64,000 bases of DNA from Stenotrophomonas sp. (GCF_032056425.1 NZ_DAMBCN010000017.1:24370-88369), one strand, 5' to 3'. Positions 31,325 through 39,898 are shown, numbered from the stretch's first letter. The notes: generated by a model from the sequence alone, not told the origin. Made by a program: numbers and translations.

Positions 31325-31951
31325 ATGATCGCATCCCGACGTTTCGTGCCGGTGGCCGCCCTTGCCGCGGCCGTGCTGCTGGTGGCAGGTGCTGCCACCG
31401 CTGCCGAAGCCGTGCTTCACCCGTTCCTGGCCGCGCAGCCGAAGCAGGCCCCGCAGGAAGTGAACCTGGCAGTGGAGATCCCTGCTGGCAGCTTCACCAA
31501 GTACGAGATCAAGGAAGACGGGCTGGTCCACGTGGACCGGTTCCAGTCGATGCCGGTGGCCTATCCGGCCAACTATGGCTCGATGCCGCGCACCCTGGCC
31601 GGTGACAACGACCCGCTGGACGCCCTGGTGCTGACCCGCGAGCCACTGCATCCTGGCGTGATCGTGCGCTTCCGCCCGATCGGCTACCTGAAGATGATCG
31701 ACAACGGTGAGCACGACGAGAAGGTGATCGGCGTGCCCACCGACAAGGTGGACCCCAGCTACGCCCATATCCGCGACCTGGCCGATCTGCCCGAGATCGA
31801 GCGGCAGCGCATCGAAGCCTTCTTCCGTGTCTACAAGGACCTGCCGGCCGGGCGTAATCCGGTGCAGCTCAATGGCTGGGGCAACGCGGCCGAGGCACGG
31901 GCGGTGATCAACGAGTCGATGCAGCGTTTCGAGGCCAGAAACCGGCGCTGA
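31325..31951 (+). CDS. ppa: family I inorganic pyrophosphatase with an N-terminal signal peptide
   Basis: GAGGAG RBS. The body aligns along its length to E. coli Ppa (VEIPAGS..KYE, DRF, YP.NYG, DPLDALVL, DEK, FF..YK). It is preceded by about 27 aa, MIASRRFVPVAALAAAVLLVAGAATAAEA. Confidence 0.88.
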   Translation: MIASRRFVPVAALAAAVLLVAGAATAAEAVLHPFLAAQPKQAPQEVNLAVEIPAGSFTKYEIKEDGLVHVDRFQSMPVAYPANYGSMPRTLAGDNDPLDALVLTREPLHPGVIVRFRPIGYLKMIDNGEHDEKVIGVPTDKVDPSYAHIRDLADLPEIERQRIEAFFRVYKDLPAGRNPVQLNGWGNAAEARAVINESMQRFEARNRR

Positions 31952-32030
31952 GCCAAGGCCGTGGCGCCCGCCCGGGCAACCCGATACGCTGCGCGGGCGC
32001 GGCACTACGCCGCTGGGGCAGGGGAGCGGT

Positions 32031-32681
32031 GTGGCAATGGTCACGAAGTGGGTCGTCGCGGCCGTGTTCGGCTGGCTTGCGTTGGGTGTGCTGATGTACA
32101 GCCGTTACCCATCGGATCTATCGGCGCCCCGCCTGTGGCGGCGCTGCTTCAATCGTGCCGTGCTGTATCCGTGGTTCCATGTCATGGCGCTGGCGCTGTT
32201 GCTGTATCTGGTCAAGGGGCTGTCCGCGCTGCGCCCCGGCCTGGGGGATGGCCTGCAGGTGATCCTGTACACCGGCGCGGGTGCGCTGCTGCTGCCCTTT
32301 CCCTTGGCGGTAGTGTTGATGGCCGTGCCGGTGCGCCTGCAGCGCATGCTGCGCGGTGGGCGCTGGCAACCCGGACCGGTGCCCGAACCGCCGCCGGCTG
32401 CGCCGGCCCCCGCGCCGCTGCGTCCGCGTTCGAAGGACTACGGCACGGTGGATCTGCACGATCCGGCGATGATCCAGGAAGTGGCCCGCGCCCACTGGCA
32501 GGCGATGGATGCGGCCGCAGACCGCGGTCTGGGGTTGGAGCATGCTGAACGCCTGCAGCGCGGTTTCCTGCGCTTCCTGCTGTTGCACGACGATCGCGCA
32601 CTGGCCGAGCAGGCAGCTTCCGTCTATCGGCGGGCGATGATCGCCCACGCCTTGGATGGCCAGCGCGCCCGCGGTCTGTGA
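32031..32681 (+). CDS. hypothetical membrane protein
   Basis: GTG 32031 or ATG 32037. About 4 hydrophobic helices, a Pro-rich linker (PGPVPEPPPAAPAPAPL) and a soluble helical tail. No domain recognised. Confidence 0.55.
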   Translation: MAMVTKWVVAAVFGWLALGVLMYSRYPSDLSAPRLWRRCFNRAVLYPWFHVMALALLLYLVKGLSALRPGLGDGLQVILYTGAGALLLPFPLAVVLMAVPVRLQRMLRGGRWQPGPVPEPPPAAPAPAPLRPRSKDYGTVDLHDPAMIQEVARAHWQAMDAAADRGLGLEHAERLQRGFLRFLLLHDDRALAEQAASVYRRAMIAHALDGQRARGL

Positions 32682-32700
32682 TGCTCCACGCGGCGGGCTC

Positions 32701-33285
32701 TCAGCCGCGCAGCGACGCCAGCACACACTCCGCTTCCAGCCGACTGCCCAGCACCTGGGCCAGTGCCTGCAGCGCCGCTTCATCGTGCTCGGCGCGGATG
32801 CCGCCGCCGTCGTCATCGCTGTACAGGTCATCACCGGCATCCGCGTACGCCGTGCCGGCAGCGGCCAGCGCGGCCATCAGGGTCGGCAGGTCATCCAGGA
32901 ACACATCGGCGTCCCAGTGCCCACGCCCATGCTGGGCGAACAGAATGCGGCCATCGTCCATGTCCAGCATGAAGGGATCGGCGCCATGGTCGGCAATCAC
33001 CAGCCAGTTCGAGGGCCAGTCGTTGATCGGCTCGCCGCTGATGCCATGCCAGCGATAACCGGCCTGGTGGCTCCACAGGCGCCGCAAGGGCGGAATCCAG
33101 ACCTCGAGGCCGGGGAGGGTGATGCCCGCATGGCCAACCTTGGCATTGATTTCGTGCCCCAAGGGCCCGACCTGCGCGTAGAAGCGGGCCACCACTGCCG
33201 GCAGCGGGAACGGTCCCTGCCAATCGTTTTCATCCTGCGCCTGCAACGGCCCAAACACGGCGAACCGGTCACGTAGATCTTGCAT
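32701..33285 (-). CDS. SMI1/KNR4 (SUKH)-like protein
   Basis: 194 aa with GGAG RBS. The pattern NWLVIADHGADPFMLDMDDGRILFAQHG is typical of the SUKH-1 core. No signal peptide. The family call is by eye only. Confidence 0.5.
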   Translation of the reverse strand: MQDLRDRFAVFGPLQAQDENDWQGPFPLPAVVARFYAQVGPLGHEINAKVGHAGITLPGLEVWIPPLRRLWSHQAGYRWHGISGEPINDWPSNWLVIADHGADPFMLDMDDGRILFAQHGRGHWDADVFLDDLPTLMAALAAAGTAYADAGDDLYSDDDGGGIRAEHDEAALQALAQVLGSRLEAECVLASLRG

Positions 33286-33383
33286 GGGGGCTCCACTGGC
33301 GGGCGGACCAGCCTAGCAGACCGCGCCGCGCGCACGGCCTTCACTGTCGCTGGCTATCATGTGCGGCACTCAGAACGAAGGCG

Positions 33384-34805
33384 ATGCACGTGTCGGTAGC
33401 GTTGGTATGGTTCCGCCGCGATCTGCGGCTGCTGGACAATCCGGCCCTGCAGGCCGCACTCGATGCCGGCCATGACGTGGTGCCGGTCTACATCCATGCG
33501 CCCCACGAAGAGGGCGAGTGGATGCCGGGTGCCGCGTCCGATGCCTGGCGCCACCGCTCTCTGGCGGCGCTGGGTGCCGATCTGCGTGCACGCGGTTCCG
33601 CGCTGGTAGTGCGCGCCGGCGACAGTCTGGCCGAACTGCAGGCGCTGATCGAGGAGACCGGCGCCGAAGCGGTGTACTGGAACCGCAAGTACGAACCAGC
33701 CACCCAGCCGCGCGATGCCGCCATCAAGCGCACGCTGCGCGAGCAGGGCATCGATGCGCAGAGCTGCAATGGCAGCCTGCTGTTCGAACCGTGGGATATC
33801 GCCACCCAGCAGGGGCAGCCGTACAAGGTGTTCACCCCATACTGGCGCAACGTGCTCAGCCACTGGCGCCTGCCCGCATTGCAGGCCGCGCCGCAGCGCC
33901 TGCCGACGCACGCGGTGCACGGCCTTGCCCTGGATGCGCTGCAGCTGGCGCCCACGCTGGACTGGGACAGCGGCTTCTGGGAGCACTGGCAGCCGGGCGA
34001 AGCCGGTGCGTTGGAAGCGCTGTCGGTGTTCGAAGACGGCGCCCTGCGCGGCTACCGCGAGCAGCGTGACCTGCCTGATCGGGTGGGCACCTCGCGCATG
34101 TCGCCGCACCTGCATTTCGGTGAGATCGCACCGTGGCGCATCGCCCATGCGCTGGAAGCCCTGCGCAGCGCCGGCACCGACGCCGATATCGATGGCTACC
34201 TGCGCCAGTTGGGCTGGCGCGACTTCGCCTACCACCTGCTGCACCACTTCCCGAAAACGCCCACCGACAATCTCAATCCGCGTTTCGACCGCTTCCCGTG
34301 GGCCAATCCAAGCAGCGCGCAGCTGCACGACTGGCAGCGCGGCAACACCGGCGTGCCGATCGTCGATGCCGGTCTGCGCGAACTCTGGCACACCGGCTAC
34401 ATGCACAACAGGGTGCGCATGATCGTGGCCAGCTACCTGTGCAAGCACCTGCGCGCGCATTGGCTGCACGGCGCACGCTGGTTCTGGGACACCCTGGTCG
34501 ATGCCGACCTGGCCAACAACACGATGGGCTGGCAATGGGTGGCCGGCACCGGTGCCGATGCGGCGCCGTACTTCCGCGTGTTCAACCCGGTGACCCAGGC
34601 CGAGAAGTTCGATCCGCAGGCGCGCTACATCAGCCGTTGGGTACCGGAGCTGGCAGCGCTGCCGGTGAAGGCACGCTTTGCGCCGTGGCAGCATCCGCAA
34701 CTGCTGGCCGAGAAAGCGCCGGCTTACCCGCGCACGCCGTTGGTGGATCTGGCCGCCGGCCGTGACGCCGCATTGGCCGCTTACCGGAGTACGGGCGGGG
34801 CGTAA
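33384..34805 (+). CDS. phrB: deoxyribodipyrimidine photolyase
   Basis: 473 aa. N-terminal LVWFRRDLRLLDNPAL, and a FAD-binding C-terminal domain (TGVPIVDAGLRELWHTGYMHNRVRMIVASYL). Confidence 0.93.
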   Translation: MHVSVALVWFRRDLRLLDNPALQAALDAGHDVVPVYIHAPHEEGEWMPGAASDAWRHRSLAALGADLRARGSALVVRAGDSLAELQALIEETGAEAVYWNRKYEPATQPRDAAIKRTLREQGIDAQSCNGSLLFEPWDIATQQGQPYKVFTPYWRNVLSHWRLPALQAAPQRLPTHAVHGLALDALQLAPTLDWDSGFWEHWQPGEAGALEALSVFEDGALRGYREQRDLPDRVGTSRMSPHLHFGEIAPWRIAHALEALRSAGTDADIDGYLRQLGWRDFAYHLLHHFPKTPTDNLNPRFDRFPWANPSSAQLHDWQRGNTGVPIVDAGLRELWHTGYMHNRVRMIVASYLCKHLRAHWLHGARWFWDTLVDADLANNTMGWQWVAGTGADAAPYFRVFNPVTQAEKFDPQARYISRWVPELAALPVKARFAPWQHPQLLAEKAPAYPRTPLVDLAAGRDAALAAYRSTGGA

Positions 34806-34944
34806 AGGCGCCGCATGAAGGCCGGGTCAGAAAGCTGAATGCAGCACGTCCGGCCTTCACATTCATCATCCCGGCATCGCACTGGCGTGTATATCCTCCT
34901 CAGCGTTCGCACGCCGCATCGGCCGGCATCCAAGGAGACCACCC

Positions 34945-35640
34945 ATGATCCGCAACACCACCCGCAACGTCGCACTGGCCCTGATGACTGCCGCCGCGCT
35001 GAGTGCGTGCGCCACCGGCGGCTCCTACGTGCAGAGCGATCAGTACGGCAATCCGACCGAGCAGCAGAACCGCACCGGTCGTGGCGCACTGATCGGCACC
35101 GCCGTGGGCGTGGCGGCCGGCCTGCTGACCGGCAACAGCGCCACCGAACGCCGCCAGCATGCGCTGATTGGTGCGGGCATCGGCGCGCTCAGCGGCGCGG
35201 CCATCGGCAACTACCAGGACCGCCAGGAGCGCGCGCTGCGTGAGCGCACCGCCAATACCGGTATCGACGTACAGCGCCAGGGCGACAACATCACCCTGAA
35301 CCTGCCCGATGGCATCACCTTCGATTTCGGCAAGTCGGCGCTGAAGCCGCAGTTCTACAGCTCGCTCAACGGCGTTGCCAGCACGCTGAACGAATACAAC
35401 CAGACCATGATCGAAGTGGTCGGCCATACCGACAGCATCGGCAGCGATGCGGTGAACAACCGTCTCTCCAAGGAGCGTGCCGATTCGGTGGCGCAGTATC
35501 TGGTGGGCCAGGGCGTGCAGCAGGTGCGTATTGAAACCCTGGGTGCGGGCAAGGCTTACCCGATTGCCGACAACAGCACCGACGCCGGCCGCGCGCAGAA
35601 CCGCCGCGTGGAAATCCGCGTGATTCCGTTGAAGCAATAA
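34945..35640 (+). CDS. OmpA-family lipoprotein with glycine-zipper region
   Basis: AAGGAG RBS. Lipobox LSAC, a Gly-zipper (GTAVGVAAGLLTG..GAGIGALSGAAIG) and an OmpA_C domain (GHTDSIGSDAVNNRLSKERA...NRRVEI). Confidence 0.88.
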   Translation: MIRNTTRNVALALMTAAALSACATGGSYVQSDQYGNPTEQQNRTGRGALIGTAVGVAAGLLTGNSATERRQHALIGAGIGALSGAAIGNYQDRQERALRERTANTGIDVQRQGDNITLNLPDGITFDFGKSALKPQFYSSLNGVASTLNEYNQTMIEVVGHTDSIGSDAVNNRLSKERADSVAQYLVGQGVQQVRIETLGAGKAYPIADNSTDAGRAQNRRVEIRVIPLKQ

Positions 35641-35687
35641 CGCGCAGCGTTATTGCTTGAGCCGGTCCGGCCTTCGGCCGGAACGAA

Positions 35688-35715
35688 AATGCCGCCCTTG
35701 CAGGCGGCATTTTTG
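35688..35715 (+). terminator. Rho-independent terminator
   Basis: AATGCCGCC-CTTGCA-GGCGGCATT followed by a T-run. Confidence 0.75.
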
Positions 35716-35786
35716 TGGGGCCCGTGCGTTGCTCGGCACGCCGTGGCATCCACCGCTGCATGACCACGCGAGCTCCGGCCCCTGCT

Positions 35787-35875
35787 CTAGAGCCGAGCCC
35801 ATGCTCGGCTGCTTTTTCACTGAGTCGAGCATCGGCTCGACTCTACAAGAGGCAGTCGAGCAAGCTCGACTCTAC
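35787..35875. repeat. three SMAG-type REPs (GTAGAGTCGAGC subfamily)
   Basis: CTAGAGCCGAGCCCATGCTCGGCTGC, GAGTCGAGCATCGGCTCGACTCTAC, CAGTCGAGCAAGCTCGACTCTAC. Confidence 0.9.
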
Positions 35876-35878
35876 GCA

Positions 35879-36604
35879 TCACCCCGCCGCCGTCGGCCGC
35901 ACCACGATTTCGTTCACATCCACATCGCCCGGCTGCTCGATCGCAAACCGCACCGCGCGGCCAATCGCATCGGGCTGCAATGCGATGGCGCGGTACTGCA
36001 CCATCGCTTCCGCCGCGACCGGATCAGTAATGGTGTCGGCCAGCTCGCTTTCCACCACGCCCGGATGGATGCAGGTCACCCGCAGCTCGCGGTGCTCCTG
36101 GCGCAGGCCCTCGGAAATCGCACGCACCGCGTATTTGGTCGCGCAGTACACCGCTGCCGTCGGCACCACCGACAAAGCGCCAATCGAGGCGATGTTGATG
36201 ATCTGCCCCTGGCCGCGCGCCTGCATGTGCGGCAGCACGGCGGCGATGCCGTGCAGCACGCCGCGGATATTGACGTCGATCATCCGGTCCCACTCATCCA
36301 CCTTCAGCGAGGCCATCGGCGAGAGCGGCATGACGCCGGCGTTGTTGACGATCACGTCAATGCTGCCGAATTCCGCCAGCGCGGCGGCGGCGAAGGCCTC
36401 GACCTGCGCGCGCTGGGACACGTCCAGCGCCTGCACCAGCACCTGCGCACCTTGCTCGCGCAGTTCGTCGGCCAGTGCCTGCAGGCGGTCCACGCGGCGC
36501 GCGCCGAGCACCAGGCGTGCACCCGGCTGGGCCAGTGTGCGGGCGATGCCGGCGCCGATGCCGCTGGACGCGCCGGTGATGAGAATGGTTCGGGAAACGC
36601 TCAT
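35879..36604 (-). CDS. SDR-family oxidoreductase
   Basis: ATG at 36602-36604 with AGGAG RBS. TGASSGIG cofactor motif and YCATK catalytic motif. Confidence 0.9.
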   Translation of the reverse strand: MSVSRTILITGASSGIGAGIARTLAQPGARLVLGARRVDRLQALADELREQGAQVLVQALDVSQRAQVEAFAAAALAEFGSIDVIVNNAGVMPLSPMASLKVDEWDRMIDVNIRGVLHGIAAVLPHMQARGQGQIINIASIGALSVVPTAAVYCATKYAVRAISEGLRQEHRELRVTCIHPGVVESELADTITDPVAAEAMVQYRAIALQPDAIGRAVRFAIEQPGDVDVNEIVVRPTAAG

Positions 36605-36665
36605 GGCAGGACTCCTGATCGGATGGAAAGGGTCGTTCTGGACCCGGAGTCGCCACGGTAAATCG

Positions 36666-36681
36666 ATCGCGTTGTCGCGAT
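36666..36681. promoter_or_regulatory. dyad ATCGCG-N4-CGCGAT in the SDR/LysR divergent spacer (LTTR-site candidate)
   Basis: Read directly. A second near-dyad, GATGGCAATTGCCGATC, follows at 36683-36700. Confidence 0.3.
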
Positions 36682-36723
36682 AAGATGGCAATTGCCGATC
36701 AGCCTGTTAAGAAATGCTAACCA

Positions 36724-37608
36724 ATGTCCGTTGATCTCAACGCCCTTGCCGTGTTCCAGCGGGTGGCCGAGTGCCGCAGCTTTACCGGCGCGGCCGACCA
36801 GCTGGGCGTGACCCGGTCCGCGGTCAGCCAGACGATCAGCAAGCTGGAACAGGCGCTGGGCATCGCCCTGGTCCTGCGCACCACCCGCAGCGTCAACCTG
36901 ACCGATGCCGGGCAGGCGCTGCTGGCGTCGGTGCGCCCGGCGCTGGCCGAACTGGATACCGCACTGGAGGCCACGCAACGGCGCCAGGCTGCTGTGTCCG
37001 GGCAGCTGCGGCTCGCCGTCTCGTCCATCGCCGAAGCCTTCCTCGCCGGACCGTTGCTGGCCGGCTTCGCGGCAAAGCACCCCGCACTGCAGCTGGACAT
37101 CACGGTGAGCGATGAAGAGTTCGACATCGTCGGCGCGGGCTTCGATGCGGGCGTGCGCCTGGGCGAAGTCATCGCCCAGGACATGGTTGCCGTGCCCGTA
37201 TCGGCGCGGCAGCGGCAGCTGGTGGTGTGCGCGCCGTCGTACCGCGATCAACACACGCTGCCGACGCATCCGCGCGACCTGGCCGAGCATCGCTGCATCG
37301 GCTGGCGCAGTGCGCCGGGCAGGGCGCCGTATCGCTGGGAATTCGAGGAACGCGGCCGCGAGTTCAGCGTCGATGTGCAGCCGGAAATCACCAGCAACGA
37401 CATGGGCGTGATGGTGCGTCTGGCGCTGGCCGGCGCGGGCATCGCCATCGGCATGGAAGAGACGTGGCGGCCGTGGCTGCAGCGCGGTGAACTGGTGTCA
37501 CTGCTGGAGCCGTACTGCCCGCGTTTCGCGGGCTTTTTCCTGTATTACCCGAGCCGTCGCCAGGCCGAGCCGAAGCTGCGCGCGCTGGTCGAGCACGTGT
37601 TGGGTTGA
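36724..37608 (+). CDS. LysR-family transcriptional regulator
   Basis: N-terminal wHTH (FTGAADQLGVTRSAVSQTISKLEQALG) plus a LysR substrate-binding domain. Divergent from the SDR gene. Confidence 0.9.
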   Translation: MSVDLNALAVFQRVAECRSFTGAADQLGVTRSAVSQTISKLEQALGIALVLRTTRSVNLTDAGQALLASVRPALAELDTALEATQRRQAAVSGQLRLAVSSIAEAFLAGPLLAGFAAKHPALQLDITVSDEEFDIVGAGFDAGVRLGEVIAQDMVAVPVSARQRQLVVCAPSYRDQHTLPTHPRDLAEHRCIGWRSAPGRAPYRWEFEERGREFSVDVQPEITSNDMGVMVRLALAGAGIAIGMEETWRPWLQRGELVSLLEPYCPRFAGFFLYYPSRRQAEPKLRALVEHVLG

Positions 37609-37649
37609 TGCGCGGTGACGTGCCGGCCGACGGCCGGCACTACCGTCGG

Positions 37650-38678
37650 TCATGCCGCAGCAGTGACCTTCTCGAGGATGCGCTTGCCACTGTTTTCCAG
37701 CGCCGCGTCTTCCTTCTCCTGCTGCTGCCGTGCCAGCTTCGCCGCCGGGCACTGCGCCAGCATGTAGTTGGCGTCGAAGTTGAGCTTCTCCACCAGGAAA
37801 TCGACGAAGGCACGCACCTTCGGCGAGACCAGGCGGCCGCCGGCAAACACCGCGTTGAAGTCCACTTCCGGCCCAGTCCAGCCGGCCAGTACGCGGCGCA
37901 CCATGCCCGATTCGACGAACGGCTTGGCCATCACGTCGCCGGTCAGCAGCAGGCCTTCGCCGCACACCAGCGCGCCGTTCAACGCCGACATGTCGTTGGC
38001 GGTCATCAGCGGCGTCACCGGGAAATCGCGCAGCTCGCCACCGTTCTCGCCCAGCTGCCAGGTGAAGCGCGGCGAATTGCCCGTGTGGTACGGCTTGCGC
38101 ATGGCCAGGATGCGGTGGAACTGCAGTTCTTCCGGGTGTAGCGGCTCGCCATAGCGTTCAATGTAGGCCGGGCTGGCAAACACCTGCGTGCGCAGGCTGC
38201 CGAGCTTGCGTGCGACCAGATTGGAATCGGGCAGGGCGCCCACGCGCAGCGCAAGATCGGCTTCGCCTGCAATCAGGTCCAGCTTCTCGTTGCCCAGGTG
38301 CATGTCCAGGCGGATTTCCGGGTACTGCGCATGGAACTGGCCCAGCAGCGGCGCGATCCAGGTGATGCCGATGGCGTAGGGCACGGTGAAGCGCAGCCAG
38401 CCACGCGGGCCGGACTGCAGCTGGCTCACCGCGCTTTCTGCTTCTTCCAGCTCGCGTGCGATGCGCTGGCAATGCTCATGGTAGATCGAACCGGCTTCGG
38501 TCAGGCCGAGGCGGCGCGTGGTCCGGTGCAGCAGGCGCGCACCCAGGCGCGTTTCCAGCTCCTGCACTTTGCGGCTGACGGTGGTCTTGGGCAGGCCGAG
38601 CGATTTGGCAGCGGCAATGAAGCTGCCTTGCTCGACCACCTTGACGAAGATCAGCGTCTCGTTGAGATCGTGGGACAT
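37650..38678 (-). CDS. smeRv: LysR-family regulator divergent from the pump operon (SmeRv-like)
   Basis: wHTH FIAAAKSLGLPKTTVSRKVQELETRLG. Position and orientation match the described smeRv / smeU1VWU2X arrangement. About 40-aa C-terminal extension. Confidence 0.78.
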   Translation of the reverse strand: MSHDLNETLIFVKVVEQGSFIAAAKSLGLPKTTVSRKVQELETRLGARLLHRTTRRLGLTEAGSIYHEHCQRIARELEEAESAVSQLQSGPRGWLRFTVPYAIGITWIAPLLGQFHAQYPEIRLDMHLGNEKLDLIAGEADLALRVGALPDSNLVARKLGSLRTQVFASPAYIERYGEPLHPEELQFHRILAMRKPYHTGNSPRFTWQLGENGGELRDFPVTPLMTANDMSALNGALVCGEGLLLTGDVMAKPFVESGMVRRVLAGWTGPEVDFNAVFAGGRLVSPKVRAFVDFLVEKLNFDANYMLAQCPAAKLARQQQEKEDAALENSGKRILEKVTAAA

Positions 38679-38743
38679 GGTCGGGATCCTGGACGGCGGG
38701 GATGGGACAATCGTGACAGATCGATTGGACCGGGGACGGGATG

Positions 38744-38758
38744 ATTATTCCCCTTAAT
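38744..38758. promoter_or_regulatory. LTTR-box candidate ATTA-N7-TAAT
   Basis: ATTATTCCCCTTAAT in the smeRv-smeU1 spacer. Fits the T-N11-A dyad rule. Confidence 0.4.
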
Positions 38759-38791
38759 CCGGACTAATCAAGTAAAGGTTTGAGGTCTATC

Positions 38792-39052
38792 GTGGCGCCA
38801 TTCGTTGATTGGAGCCTGTCCGCCATGAGCCTGCGCAACATTCTTGCCCGCCTCCGGCTTGCCAGCCAGGACACCCTGGACCAGGCAATGACCGTCGAGG
38901 CCCGTCCGAGTTCCTTGGTACACAAGGATTTCCGCGAGTTCACCGCGCCCCTGCGTCAGCAGCGGGGCGGTGCCATCCGCATTGCCCCGCGGCAGGGCGA
39001 TCGCCTGCGTCGAATTGGGACTATCCCGGATTTGGGAGGAAATGTCCCGTGA
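38792..39052 (+). CDS. candidate small ORF (75-86 codons) upstream of and overlapping smeU1
   Basis: GTG 38792 with GAGG 5 nt upstream (alternative ATG 38825). The frame stays open to the TGA at 39050-39052, which overlaps the smeU1 GTG as GTGA. GC3-rich by eye. No domain recognised. Confidence 0.35.
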   Translation: MAPFVDWSLSAMSLRNILARLRLASQDTLDQAMTVEARPSSLVHKDFREFTAPLRQQRGGAIRIAPRQGDRLRRIGTIPDLGGNVP

Positions 39053-39819
39053 ATGGGATTCTGACCCCCGAGGTCCTTGTCCTCGGCGGCACCGGCGCGG
39101 TCGGCCAGGGCGTGGTCGGTGCGCTGCTGGAGGCCGGCAGCCCGGTACTGGTGGTCGGCCGCGATCCGGGGCGCTTGGCGGCGCTGCACGAACAGTTCGC
39201 CGATGAGCCGGGCCTGCAGACGATGCTGGGCTCGCTCAGCGATGATGCGTCGGCGCGCACCGTGGCCGAGCGCGTGGCGCAGCGCCCGCGTCCGCTGGCG
39301 GCGGTGGTGGCGGCCATGGGCGGCCCGTACAACCGTGGTCGGGTCACCGCGCGCAGCGGCGATGCACTGCTGGGCGCGATGCAGGCCGACCTGATGCCGC
39401 ACGTGCACGCCGCGCGCCACCTGCTGCCGCTGCTGCAGGACAACCCGCATGCCCGCCGCTATGTGCTGATCGGCAGTCCGGCCGGTGCCAAGCCGTGGGC
39501 AGGCTACGGCGAAACCTCGATCACCACCGCGGCCCTGCGCATGTACGCCCAGGTGCTGCACCAGGAAGCCCAGGCGCTGGGCGTGCGTGCGCAGATGCTG
39601 GAGGTCGGCAACCCGGTCTGCACCCCCAGCAACGCGGCCAACGCCTGCATCGAGTGGCCCAGCTCGCTGCTGGTCGGCCGCCGCGTGGTGTCCCTGCTCG
39701 ACGGCTGCCGCGACAACCGCGCCATCGTCCGCTGTGACAGCAGTGATGCCGAGCTGCCGCGCGGTCTGTTGAACCTGGACCTGCCCCCGCTGTGGCGCGA
39801 CACCGCCGGCGTTGCTTGA
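39049..39819 (+). CDS. smeU1: SDR-like NAD(P)-binding protein, first gene of the pump operon
   Basis: GTG at 39049 with GGGAGGA 8 nt upstream. Rossmann N-terminus VLVLGGTGAVGQGV. The upstream part of the track ORF is Pro/Cys/His-rich non-coding-looking sequence. Confidence 0.75.
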   Translation: MNGILTPEVLVLGGTGAVGQGVVGALLEAGSPVLVVGRDPGRLAALHEQFADEPGLQTMLGSLSDDASARTVAERVAQRPRPLAAVVAAMGGPYNRGRVTARSGDALLGAMQADLMPHVHAARHLLPLLQDNPHARRYVLIGSPAGAKPWAGYGETSITTAALRMYAQVLHQEAQALGVRAQMLEVGNPVCTPSNAANACIEWPSSLLVGRRVVSLLDGCRDNRAIVRCDSSDAELPRGLLNLDLPPLWRDTAGVA

Positions 39820-39898
39820 CCTCAACCATCGTTGAGGTCGCAGGCTACGCCGCCTGAAAACGAACACGTATCACCGAACTACCAACCCTTCCGTACGG

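Noticed and set aside
38809-39048. Upstream 80 codons of the smeU1 track ORF (MEPVRHEPAQHSCPPPACQPGHPG...).
   Set aside because: The peptide is Pro/Cys/His-rich with poor GC3. The Rossmann fold begins right after the GTG at 39049, which has a strong GGGAGGA RBS. A different frame in this stretch looks more coding (see the first finding).
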